29,663 bases of DNA from NCBI GenBank assembly GCA_026025075.1, contig JAPEUI010000032.1, positions 124,001-153,663 on the forward strand, written 5' to 3'. The notes beneath the pieces are model-generated. The model searched no databases and had not been told where the DNA came from. It saw only the letters and a program-made list of their open reading frames with translations. Positions 1-10,924 of the stretch are shown here, piece after piece (within the stretch, counting starts at the first letter, position 1; each line of letters starts with the position of its first letter). The stretch comes from Vezdaea acicularis. Lineage: Eukaryota. Position numbers and translations under genes: made by a program.

Positions 1-1
1 A

Positions 2-544
2 CAATGGGAAATCGGTAGAGATGCCAAAGAAGCTCCTGCTTCCGTCGTGGTGGCCAAGAAAACAGATTTTCTCGACCGCCTCCAGGAAGTCTTTACCAAA
101 GCAGATCACTACGAATTCGAAGATCTGCGGGAGGTGGACGGCGTCTACATCCCCCGCCTCTTCAGGAGCGATGGCAGGCGCCTCGCTTTGAGACACATCT
201 ACGGCGCCATAGCAGCCCACAACGTGGCATTGAAAACCGTCGACTCCGAGTCTTCGTGGGTTAAGAGGGAACCGTACAACGTTCGTGGCGACTATGAGAG
301 TCGACTAAGAGGAGAAGCAATGCACCTCCTCTTCCCTACGAAGGGAAACAAATGGATCATCAGTTATATGGAGAGCACGAGTTTCAATCTGGAGGGCGCA
401 CAGGCCGAAGATGCCATTATCGAGTGCTGGCTGGTGATGATGTTACGAGGATTTTGTTGGGCGCGTATTCACCAGCTGGATGAAGAGGGGCCGACGATAC
501 CTTCAAAGTACCTGAATAGTCAGATGCCGGTGTACATAGGTTAG
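2..544 (+). CDS. 3' end of a fungal hypothetical protein, modin (MOD-A)-like C-terminus; truncated by the window edge
   Basis: Frame is open from base 2 (CAA TGG GAA...) to TAG at 542-544, so the track start at 47 (GTG) is not the real start. The C-terminus ECWLVMMLRGFCWARIH...PSKYLNSQMPVYIG matches from memory the W-x(4)-R-x(2)-CW-x(3)-H ... S-x-(L/M)-PVYI ending of proteins annotated modin. Family call is recollection only. Confidence 0.6.
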   Translation, partial: QWEIGRDAKEAPASVVVAKKTDFLDRLQEVFTKADHYEFEDLREVDGVYIPRLFRSDGRRLALRHIYGAIAAHNVALKTVDSESSWVKREPYNVRGDYESRLRGEAMHLLFPTKGNKWIISYMESTSFNLEGAQAEDAIIECWLVMMLRGFCWARIHQLDEEGPTIPSKYLNSQMPVYIG

Positions 545-730
545 CGTCAACGAATGAATTTATACAATAAGTTACAGTATGCTACAGTCCACAGTAGGGT
601 GCACTGTAGTCTAGGGCCCAATTGCGGAAAAGGCGAAGCGAGCAAAGCAGGACATCGCTAGGGCCTGCCGGTCCGCGCCCCCCTCCCGGAACGCCAATAA
701 AGAATCAGAGATACAAATGTGACTCCACTC

Positions 731-2504
731 TCACGCCTTCCCAATCCAGCCACTATGCACAAAAAAGTCAAAGATCATAGCGCCCTTCTGTGGAGCAATC
801 TGTACGCCTCTAATCAGCATATACACTTCTGTAAGAGATCACGATACGGCATACCTTAGCAATCTCCTTCGCCACTTTCTTCTTCAGATTCCCGCCTTGC
901 TTGAGCGCCTCGCGCATCAAGACTTCTTTGATGACGAGGTACGGCTTGGGAAAGATCCTAAGCGTGCTGCACAGCGTCTGCTCGTCGCGACTGAGCAAGT
1001 GCAGATCCGTCGCATTCTCATTATTCATCTCGAGCGGCAGCGTGTTCGCTGGTGGGGTGAAGCTGTACTTCTGCCTGCCCGCAAGTGGGACAAGCGCTCC
1101 ATTCGCATGGCCGTTCGTGAGTATCTTCCCATTGACAGCATTGGCCTTTGCGTTCTTCGCCGGCGCCGCGGGGGTGGGTTTGAAACGGTCGGGCAAGTCG
1201 ACGGCAGTGAGGCGCGCTGCTTCCGATGCGGCTTCGACGCCAGGCCCGACCTTTGCGGTACGTGCGGCTGTCGCGAGGCGGTCAAGAGTGCCCTGCGGTT
1301 GAGCGCGAGCAAGGCGCTCTTTCTTCTCGCGCTCGTACTTCTCGCCGGCACGTAAGTCGGTGACGCGCTTGTTGCGCCAGTCTTGCAGTTGAGAAATGGC
1401 GAGGCGCAGGTTGTGTTCGTCGAGGAGACCCTTTGCGAAGGCGTCGTAGTCGGCCTTATTCATAAGTCGGGCGTAGGGCTTTATCTTGGTGAGAAGGTCG
1501 CGCTCGTCTTTCGTGCGGGACTTCTCGTAGGAGGTATTGCGCCGATAGGAGAGTAGGTCGTGCGTGAATATCACTTTCTTGCGGTCGACACGCGCGGTCA
1601 GTCGCGAGTTGTATATATCCATTACCGTCATCTTGAGCTCCATCTCTGGCTCAACTTCTCCAGTCCTCGGGTTCAGCCCATCTCCAGGATCAAATTGCAT
1701 GTGCTGTACAGCTTCTTCCGCATCGTTGAAATGTTCTGTCTCGAACTCCATCCGTCCTGGCATATAGCCCTGGACTTCATGGCAGGCGGGTACAGAGGCA
1801 GTGGGCTTTTGCTTAGGGGCTGCAGGAGGGGCGTTCTTGGCTGCTTCTTTACGCGTTTCTATCCGACGCTTCTTGCGGACTTGAAAGTCTTCACGAGAAA
1901 CACTGTCTAGTAAAGAACGGTCTTCTGGACTTGCTCTCTCTGGAAGAGGGAATTTGGACGATTCGATGTATGTTTTTATGTAGTGATCGCGTACTTCGTC
2001 CTTATTGCGGTAGCCGCCGATGTGGTCTGCAATATCTGCCCATGACCCCAACCCGTACGATTCGGCGCCCTCAAGGAGCAACAACTCTTCATCTGCCCCC
2101 CAGTCCTCATCATATATAGGTATAGAGTGCTGTTCGACAACTGTATATGAGTGGGTCGCAGGGACGTGCTCTTTGCTGCTAGAACCGGACGAAAAACAGG
2201 GAACGCAAAGGTCGTATTCATTGCATGTAGGGTCAGCACAACGGATGCGCACCTAGTAGAGAGGAAAGCATTAGTTTTTGGGACGATATATGAAGAAGAG
2301 TGTGTAATCATAGAAGTTGGTGGTATCGCAGTTTCGGGTGACGATGCCAAGACTTGAGGCTCAACCGCAGAAAATCTTCAAACAGATATGGACAGACAGG
2401 GCAAAGCGTACCGTTGAGGTTATGTCGCCGGAACACACGTCACAAACATACTTGACGCCCCCCTCGGTGCCACGGGTGGCAGTCTTCTTTTTAATCACGC
2501 CCAT
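731..2504 (-). CDS. ADA2: Transcriptional adaptor Ada2 (SAGA/ADA HAT module), 3 exons, ~519 aa
   Basis: Exons 2504-2412 ([31 protein letters not shown]), 2252-855 and 799-731 ([22 protein letters not shown]). Introns GTACGC..TAG (159 nt) and GTATGC..CAG (55 nt). ZZ zinc finger (CDVC...CADPTC...YDLCVPCF...H...H), SANT domain ([26 protein letters not shown]), GYMPGRMEF motif, C-terminal SWIRM-like region. Confidence 0.96.
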
Positions 2505-3529
2505 GCTAGTATCGCCGGGCGCCGAGTGGAGAAATCATGGGATGCGCTTGCACCGCCTAGGCGACGTATATACCGCTTTAACAAAAGGCTGCACTAGTTT
2601 AATATCGCTTGGTCGCGTGTTGACTATGTGACACAGTTGAAGAGGTAATGTGTTGGTCTTAGCCAGACAGTGTTCGGGTGGATGCTGGGAATCCTGCTGG
2701 TACAGGAGGTGATAGAGGTGCGGTCGTAAGGAGTGTCGTTTGACCAGGGCTGTGGTCGGATCCTAGAACGCACTAGCCACCGCCACGGCGCCGATGCCGC
2801 TTACTAATGCCTATGCAACGCCGCTTGAGCTTCCACGCTTCCAAACATGAAACATGCCAATCACATCATTGGAAATGCTTTCATTTCTGTGATATACTCG
2901 ATTCTCTTTGTGATTGGATATCTCGCAGCCATTATGTATGGATAGCATCGCTTTTCGTGGGAGCCCGCAGTCGCACCGCCTCGACCTGCGTGCTCATCTC
3001 TCGATATTGATGGAACCTTGTTTCGGACCAGTTGGTGATTCTTCTGAGGAAATTTTTATCCGTGAGATGGAAAAATGGTCCTCATTTGACGTGATTCTGT
3101 GATGATAGTGACAAACTTGGGGATCTGGGAGACCCATCACGTGGATCAAGTTCTAGCCGGGTCGTATGGCGGGGCGGCAAATACATCCCTTGAGTGATCG
3201 CACCGACCCCAGCTAAATCCCCACACTAATCTTCCTTACGTACCTTCCTCATCTCTCCCACTCCTGCACGCTTTCAAATCAGGTTTCGAGCATTCACACT
3301 CGGACCGTCAGCATCACACTCTATGTGACGACTTGCCAATTGTTTTCTGCCTTACTCAGCACAGAATCACAGTCTCTTGGTTCACTCGGTGCCGCGTCAG
3401 GACCTCCGGGAGATTTCGGTGTCGTCCGTCTATCTTGCTACCACAAACCGCTGAGTCCAGAGCACAAAAGCTTCTGAGACTCTCTCTCACAATCATTGAC
3501 GGTCCAACGTTTTATCGATAGAAGCCATT
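2505..3529. promoter_or_regulatory. Divergent intergenic/promoter region between ADA2 and YPK1
   Basis: Head-to-head gene orientation; contains TCACGTG (3137-3143) and a pyrimidine-rich tract at ~3225-3275. Confidence 0.6.
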
Positions 3530-5833
3530 ATGTCGTGGAAAATCACGCAGAGTAAGCAAGCATATTTGTTACGTTCCAAGATACTCTTGCTTCTGCAGCC
3601 ATTCTTGAATGTCAACCTTCAACGCTGTCAAATGCTCTACGCATGCAGACATATTTGTCTTGCTGTAACTAAAATCGAACTTGATTCTAGAACTGAAGGA
3701 TACACACTTGGCACCCATTGCAAATCCTTTTAGTCGGTCAAATACCTCGTCAAACTCATCGACGACCTCGTCTACGGCTCCAATCGTCAAAACAAAAGAG
3801 AAGGATGTGATTGGCATTGTACCAAATGAGAGTGGCATTCGTGAGTAAAGCCAAAGTCGGTCACAAAGTATGTCTTTGACGGTGATATAGCAAGCGCCCC
3901 CGTGGAGCCAGATACGCTGAACGCCAATCCGCCACCGCCGCCCATGAAGCCAGGAATTCTAGTTGTGACTCTACACGAGGCGAAAGGACTCACATTACCA
4001 CCGCAATACCATCATGCTCTAAGCAATTCTCAAGTGTCAAACTCAGTCACGGCTGGTGCAGGGGGATTCTCCGTAGCGGGATCAATGCGCCCAAACACGG
4101 CCAGCTCCCGACAGGGGGGGACCTCGTTCAACCCAAATGGCATGCGACCACAATCATCCGCTGGCGGATATGCAGCCATTCCCACGATTCATGGCCGTTA
4201 CTCTTCCAAGCATCTTCCATATGCTCTCCTCGATTTCGACAAGAATCAAGTCTTCGTCAATGCCGTATCGGGTTCGCCTGATACCCCTTTATGGGCGGGG
4301 AGCAACACAGCTTACAAGTTTGACGTATCACGGGCTACGGAACTGAATATCTCAATCTACCTCAGGCACCCGAATGCAACACCTGGCTCCGGCCGAGCTG
4401 AGGACATTTTCGTTGGGCAGGTACGTGTAAATCCTCGATTTGAGGTTGCGCATACGTACACGGAGGATCCGAAGGCGAGTAAGAAAGACAAGGAGAAAGC
4501 GGCTGCAGCATTCGCAGAAAATGAACGAGCACTAGGTCAGAGTGGTCCTGAGTGGCTAGATGTTCAATTCGGATCTGGAGTCATGAAAGTGGGCGTGGAA
4601 TACCTCGAAAATCGACAGAGAACATTGAAGCTAGATGATTTCGAGCTGTTGAAGGTCGTCGGCAAGGGCAGCTTCGGCAAGGTGATGCAGGTCCAGTATG
4701 ATTAGTCTCCAATGGTTCAGATTCGACTATACTGATTTTCATTTTAGGAAGAAAGATACTCACCGCATATACGCATTAAAGACAATCCGTAAAGCGCATA
4801 TTATCTCTCGTTCTGAAGTTAACCACACCTTGGCCGAACGGTCCGTCCTTGCTCAGATCAACAACCCTTTTATTGTCCCCCTTAAATTTTCCTTTCAATC
4901 TCCAGAGAAACTATACTTCGTCCTCGCGTTTGTCAACGGTGGCGAACTCTTCCATCATTTACAAAAGGAGCAGAAATTCGAAGTGAACCGGGCAAGGTTT
5001 TATACAGCGGAACTTCTCTGTGCCTTAGAATGTCTTCACGGATTTAATGTCATCTACCGAGACTTGAAACCGGAGAATATTCTTCTGGATTACAGCGGTC
5101 ATATCGCGCTCTGTGATTTTGGATTATGCAAACTAGATATGAAGGATGATGATCGAACCAACAGTATGTAATTTCTACGACTTTCATGGACATGGGAAAC
5201 ACTAACCTCTTTTCACCAGCCTTCTGCGGCACACCTGAATACCTTGCCCCTGAGTTGCTCATGGGGCGAGGCTATACTAAGACGGTTGATTGGTGGACGC
5301 TGGGCGTTCTCTTGTACGAAATGTTGACCGGATTGCCGCCCTATTATGACGAGAACACCAACGAGATGTACCGCAAAATCCTTCAGGAGCCTCTCACTTT
5401 CCCGGGCGAGTTGGTTCCAAGCAGTGCAAGGGATCTTCTTTCCAAGCTTCTCAATAGGGATCCCACCCAACGACTTGGCGCGAATGGTGCGGCTGAGATC
5501 AAAGCACATCCCTTCTTCACAGCAGTCGATTGGCGTAAGCTTCTACAGCGCAAGTATGAACCAGCCTTCAAACCCAACGTGGTAAGTAATGCAGACAAAA
5601 CAAAATTTATGATGGCTGCTGATCTCGACCTACAGGCTGATGCTCTTGATACCGCGAACTTTGACCAGGAGTTCACAAGCGAAGCACCTGCTGATTCATA
5701 CGTCGATGGTCCCATGCTTTCTCAAACCATGCAACAGCAATTTGCAGGCTGGTCCTACAATCGTCCTGTCGCTGGTCTTGGAGATGCAGGTGGCAGTGTG
5801 AAAGACCCAGCCTTTGGCAGCATTAACAACTGA
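3530..5833 (+). CDS. YPK1: AGC-family Ser/Thr kinase Ypk1/Gad8/YpkA, 6 exons, ~650 aa
   Basis: Exons 3530-3551, 3691-3840, 3891-4695, 4748-5163, 5220-5581, 5636-5833 join in frame with GT-AG introns. N-terminus MSWKITQKLKDTHL; C2-like region (PGILVVTLHEAKG); GKGSFGKV, YRDLKPEN, DFG, TFCGTPEY activation loop; NFDQEFT; hydrophobic motif FAGWSY. Confidence 0.96.
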
Positions 5834-6173
5834 TAACCTAGATCTTCCCATTGATGTCATTGATGGAATGCATACTGAGGCGGGAGACAAGGGAATGGGC
5901 GCTTTTCGGCCTCAGGCTGTTTTTAGATGCTATGAAATCTGCCTTTATGGCGGATTAGGACACAACTTCATTGGCTTGCAATCATTCCTGTATGGCGTTT
6001 GGGCAGGCTTAATCAGACGGCCGATAGGATTTGATGCGTCAGGGGCTTGTTGCAGATAGCGAAAGATACAGCATGGTCAAATGACTATTTCAATTCCTAA
6101 GATGCAAAATAAACGATAACCCCCCCAACGCTACGACCAACTCCAATAATGAATAACCACAGTACAGGAAGGT

Positions 6174-8510
6174 TTAGTCTACTTTGCCATTAGCGCCTCC
6201 GCCTCCAAGTAGACTCTCCTTCCCGTCCAAATTGAAGAAACCTGGTCCAACACTTTTCCCCCTCCGTGTCCTTCCTCGGCCCCAGATAGCCACTCCAGTG
6301 ACGATTGCGATGATCAAACCAAAGGAGACCCAAGGATGTGAATATCCTAAAGCGCGGACCTGGAAAAATAAGCTCTGAATGCTGCCGGTTGTTGATTTGG
6401 GCTTTAACTTCGGTGGGCTCGCAACGATCTTGGGAAGAGTTTCGAGGATAGAAGTTCGGGAGGGGGAGATGTGGTGACCGGTCGAAGTCTCGTCCCAGTA
6501 TCTTCGGTTCTAGAATGACTGTTAGCTTGGCCTATCAAGGTCAGAGTTGCAAGCCACAGGACTTACATCTTCGTCATTTACGACGACCCTCTCTCCATCT
6601 TTGACGGTAAAACCATATGTCGTCCTGATCCACCTCTCCCAGAAGACGCCATCAACCCACGCGAAGCCTACTTCCTTTCGATCGATATCATCTGTATTAA
6701 TTCTAATGCTCTTCGCTGCCCGTAACGCCCGCTGGTCACCCCTATCCTCGGCCTCTTCAATCCGTAGCTGCTTTGCGTCCCTTAACTCCTGTCGCTGGAG
6801 CTGGAAGGCTGTCGACTGCTTTTCCATCCATTCTAGCGCCGCGTTCTTGATCTCGCGCCTGTTTGCTTCGAAATCGGCCTGCTTATCCTCCTCTCGCGAG
6901 AGGACCCCGAGAACAACGAGCCTGCCATCCATTATCTCACGGGAGTTCGAGGCGGTTAGTTCGGGGACGATGGGTAGCCAGACAGACTTCATCCATGTAA
7001 GGACCTTGCGGTAGTCGCGCATGTCTTTCGGTGCGAGCGCTGTGTAGTAGCTAGGTCGTCCGTCCCTAGAAACGACGAGCCGTGGCCATGTGCTGATCTT
7101 GAAGCGTTCTGCCATGGCAGGGTCATTTGTCTTAACAAGCTTGGCATGTCCTATTAAACTGAGCGTTATGCGCTCGAGAGCTAGGAAGTCTTCTGTCGTG
7201 GTGGCATGGTCGTAGAAGTAGATGAAAATAACTTCTTCGGTTTCCTCTAATTTCTTGAAACCCGCCGCGTCGACGTCTTTGACGCCCTCACCAAGGTCGA
7301 CGGCGCTGTTGGCGAAGCTAAGAAGATCACCGAGGCCCCGAAGGCCATCATACTCCACTTTTTCACCACCGCGGAAGAAGAGGATCGTTGGGTAGCCACG
7401 TGTTTGGACTTGCTTGCAAAGAACCTTTTCCACATCGCAGTTAACCTCTCCAATGTTCAGTTTTCCCTTCATCTCTTTTCCTAGTTCAATCCAGGTTGGT
7501 GCCATGGCCTGGCAATGATGACACCAAGGAGCATAGAATTTGATGAACCAGGGGTCCTGAGTCGTAGTTACTTTCTTCTGGAAGAGTTCTGCTGTAAGGG
7601 ATAGAGTGCCTCCCAGCTCATTCGCAGGCTTGGTAGGCTTCGCAGCCTTCATAGCCTTCTCATTATGCTCTGCCCCCATTGCACCGCCAGCAGTTGCATC
7701 CTTGTGCTTTGCCTCTGAAATAGCAGGAGTAGCGTTCGGGTCTACGCTTGTAGCGCCAACTTTAGGAAGAGCAACGCCTTCCACCGGTCTCGACCCAGGT
7801 CGTATTGATTCTAGAACCTCTTCAATAAACTTGCTAAGCTCGGCCATATTCTTCTCGCCGGTGAATTTCTTGACAAATTCGCCGTTTTTGTAGAGGATTA
7901 CTTGAGGGAAGGAATGGACGTCATGAGCTGCGCAGGCGGATCCATAAGCAACGCAGTCGAGACTGGCAAAATGGAAGTTGTAATAAGGGTGGAACGAGTT
8001 CAGTGATGATTGTGATTCTTGGGATTCTGTTGATGCAGATGTCTTGGCTATTGGCTTCGAGGTCTATGTAACTAAATTAGCTGTGAACCGGAGGCTATAT
8101 CAAGGATACCTTACATAATAAAATTCATACATGGTCTGAAAAACGGGCTTGAAAGTTTTGCAATGATGACACCATGGTGAGTGGTGTTTGACAAGCCTAA
8201 GGAGTACGTTAATGACATTGATGGCGGCAGGTGATTAGACAAGGCCATACCAATAACCATCCTTAATCTCCTCTTCAAATTTGTCTCCGGAAAGTTCCTT
8301 CATCACCGGTACCTCAATATCATTGAAGAAGGTAGGGCGAACTTCTTCTTCATCATCGGCTGATGTGACTGGCGGTTGGGGTTTTGCAGCTGCTGTCTGT
8401 ATCGAGACCTGCTCTTCTTCAGAAGTGGGTACAACTACGGCTGCAGGAATGGCGGAGACTTTAGAGAGAAGGACTAGGGAGACCAAAGAGGTTGCTAAAC
8501 AGAAGCGCAT
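6174..8510 (-). CDS. Membrane-anchored protein disulfide isomerase (Eps1-like), two thioredoxin active sites, 4 exons, ~724 aa
   Basis: Exons 8510-8251, 8196-8115, 8063-6567, 6509-6174. Signal peptide MRFCLATSLVSLVLLSKVSA; two WCHHC motifs (HSPWCHHC, FYAPWCHHC); C-terminal hydrophobic segment (PWVSFGLIIAIVTGVAIWG) followed by a basic tail ending NGKVD* (Lys at -3, possible ER-retrieval signal). Confidence 0.9.
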
Positions 8511-9103
8511 CGTGGCGATGGCGTCCCCAAAGTTAGACTGTGGGGAAATAACGCTTTCTGGCCAAAAAGTTTGCCAGTCTGCGCTATCCTGGGCGCAATG
8601 ATCCCTAGCAAAGATGCTTTACCAGAAGGCCCCCTCAGCTTTGCGGTGTTAGTTCGAATCAGCCTGATAGTTTTACACTCCGCCAGGTACTAAGATGAGA
8701 CCGTTAACGAAAGACTGAAGAAGGGTATGAGAAGGCAGAGGAGGATTCTGTTTTCGTCCTTTCACGGGGTGGACTGAGCGTTCGCATGTCTGCCGCGCCC
8801 CTGGCCATTCACTAGCAGTTCGTCTATTCTCCCGATGTCTCCCTGTCTGCTCTCAAGGCCTTACGACCTATCGCTAATTATAAGGTTGAAAAGGATTGAA
8901 AATAAATCGAAATCAGATCAGAATGTTCTTCGGGACGTAATATATATATATGTATGAATAGAATAGTAGCTAGTTATGATGTGATCTCCGAAGAAAGTAA
9001 TTCGAGTGTCACGTGGCGCTTGGCTCTACTACTGAGTGTCATTGCTATTCGCATCTACATTTCTTACCAACTTAGATTTTTAACGGCCAATTGATCGTCC
9101 AAG
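8511..9103. promoter_or_regulatory. Divergent promoter between the PDI gene and NDUFA5
   Basis: Head-to-head orientation, 593 bp; AT-rich core with a (TA)n run at ~8940-8951 and TGTCACGTGGC at 9007-9017. Confidence 0.6.
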
Positions 9104-9960
9104 ATGAGGGCAACGTTGCGCCTCTTTGCCAAGGTCAAGACTGCAACGCATCTAACACCTTATACACCCACAGGCTTTACTGGTCTCGCAACTCATCCTG
9201 CGCCTAGATCGACCCTCTTATACCTTTATAGCACCACACTCGAGAAGCTGAAAGCATTCCCGGAGAGCTCTGCGTACCGACAATCGACAGAAGCGCTAAC
9301 GCAGCACCGCCTCAAGATTATCGAGTCCGTCAAACCCGCCGGCTATGACGAATGGGTCCAAAAAGCTGCAAAGCAGATGAGCAACCACCCCGACGCTTTT
9401 AAAGCGTCTGAGGGTGGTCAATATAAGTCAACCAGTCACAATAAACGACAGTTCATATCTATGGAAGAGGTTGATGAAGATGATGATGACGTAGAGTGGG
9501 ACGGAGAGAAGGATGAAGGCCCAGAACTTGAGGGGACGTACGAGCAGGGAGAACTCGACCATAGGAAAGCCATTGCCGAGCCTCAGTCGGGGAATAACGT
9601 CAACTTTTCGGCTCTGAAGGAAGAACCGCAACTTGATGCTGCGCAGTAACTCCCTCCCGTCCTTGTCTCCAACGGGCTATTGCGTAATGTGCAGATACTA
9701 ATGAGGTTTAGGGTATCAGAAGTTGAATCGCAAATCGGAGCTGGTCTCATTGAGGAGGTCATAGAAGTAGCAGAAGGGGAGCTTAAGCTAGTGGATGTCA
9801 TGGCAGAGCATAAAGTGTATGTTGGCCGGAACCACTCATGCTGAACCTCTTGGATTAGACTAATGCCTTGTACAGATGGGAAGATCTCGAGGAAAAGCCC
9901 GCAGAAGGTCAATGGAAGTACTTTGAGAGGCATGGTGGTCCTAATTTCCCTACAGGATAG
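9104..9960 (+). CDS. NDUFA5: NADH:ubiquinone oxidoreductase 29.9 kDa subunit (NDUFA5/B13 family), 3 exons, ~243 aa
   Basis: Exons 9104-9645, 9712-9816, 9876-9960. Mitochondrial-type N-terminus MRATLRLFAKVK; TPTGFTGLATHPAPR..L..LY...L...PESSAYRQSTEALT; IGAGLIEEVIEVAEGEL; VWEDLEEKPAEGQWKYF. Confidence 0.93.
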
Positions 9961-10267
9961 AAAAAACGGGCGGCTTTTGATTGACTAAATATGTACAAAT
10001 ACTGTTACACTTCGCATTATAGAACAACCAATGGGAGATACAACTAGCGAAGTAACCTAGGTGAAAGGCTTTCCAGCAGCTCTTATCAAACGCAGAAATC
10101 CTCTGCCTTCCTATTTTCAATTGGGTTGCCACTACGGAAGGGTCCCTCTCACGGACAATAAATAGCTGGTGGAAGGTTTGACGATCTTCTAGAAGTCTCG
10201 CCTACAGATAGTGGATCTTGAAACTTTGTAGATCCCTGCACATCTCCCCGCATATTCTTTGCGGGGC

Positions 10268-10291
10268 CCCATATGCCCATATGCCCATATG
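10268..10291. repeat. Perfect tandem repeat (CCCATATG)x3
   Basis: Read directly, ~150 bp upstream of the RpiB-family ATG. Confidence 0.9.
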
Positions 10292-10441
10292 GCCTTCGAT
10301 CCCTCATGGCAACACGAACTCTCCCCCTTAAGTCGCTTCCCTCGTGATTAACATCCAACCCCACAATTTCTAGAAGATATCAAAGAACCGACCGACCCAG
10401 CGTCCAAACCCCCCCCCCAAGAACCCCGCCACAACACCACC

Positions 10442-10924
10442 ATGCCATCCTCAAGCCCCCCCAAGTGGCGCCTAGCCATCGGCAGCGACTGCGCCGGGCA
10501 CGCCTACAAAACCACCCTGCTCTCCGACCTAAAGTCCTCTCCCCTCGTGGCCTCCATAATCGACATCGGGGTCCCCTCCGCCTCCGACCAAACGGCCTAC
10601 CCCTCCATCGCGACCGCAGCCGGCGAGTTGATCGCCCGCGACGAAGTCGACCGCGCCCTGCTGATCTGCGGAACCGGTCTGGGCGTGGCTATCGCGGCGA
10701 ATAAAGTCTTTGGCGTTAGGGCGGTCACGGCGCATGACTCCTATAGTGTGGAGAAGAGCGTGACGAGTAATAATGCGCAGGTCCTGTGTATGGGCGAGCG
10801 GGTCGTGGGACTGGAGTTGGCGAGGAGGTTGGTTGGAGAGTGGTTGGGGTATGTTTTCGATGAGGGGAGTGCGAGTGCGAAGAAGGTTGAGGCGATTACG
10901 GAGTATGAAGTGCAGGCGAATTAG
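10442..10924 (+). CDS. RpiB/LacAB-family sugar-phosphate isomerase (DerI-like subgroup), intronless, 160 aa
   Basis: ATG in strong context (CACCATGC). Motifs LAIGSDxAG, YP, [20 protein letters not shown] typical of the RpiB fold. Confidence 0.92.
   Translation: MPSSSPPKWRLAIGSDCAGHAYKTTLLSDLKSSPLVASIIDIGVPSASDQTAYPSIATAAGELIARDEVDRALLICGTGLGVAIAANKVFGVRAVTAHDSYSVEKSVTSNNAQVLCMGERVVGLELARRLVGEWLGYVFDEGSASAKKVEAITEYEVQAN

Noticed and set aside
897..2357. Plus-strand ORFs within ADA2, and similar antisense ORFs within YPK1, PDI, the isomerase and ARP6
   Set aside because: Antisense shadows of well-supported genes.
8625..8670. GTTCGAATC resembling a tRNA T-loop
   Set aside because: No T-stem, acceptor stem or D-arm can be built around it.
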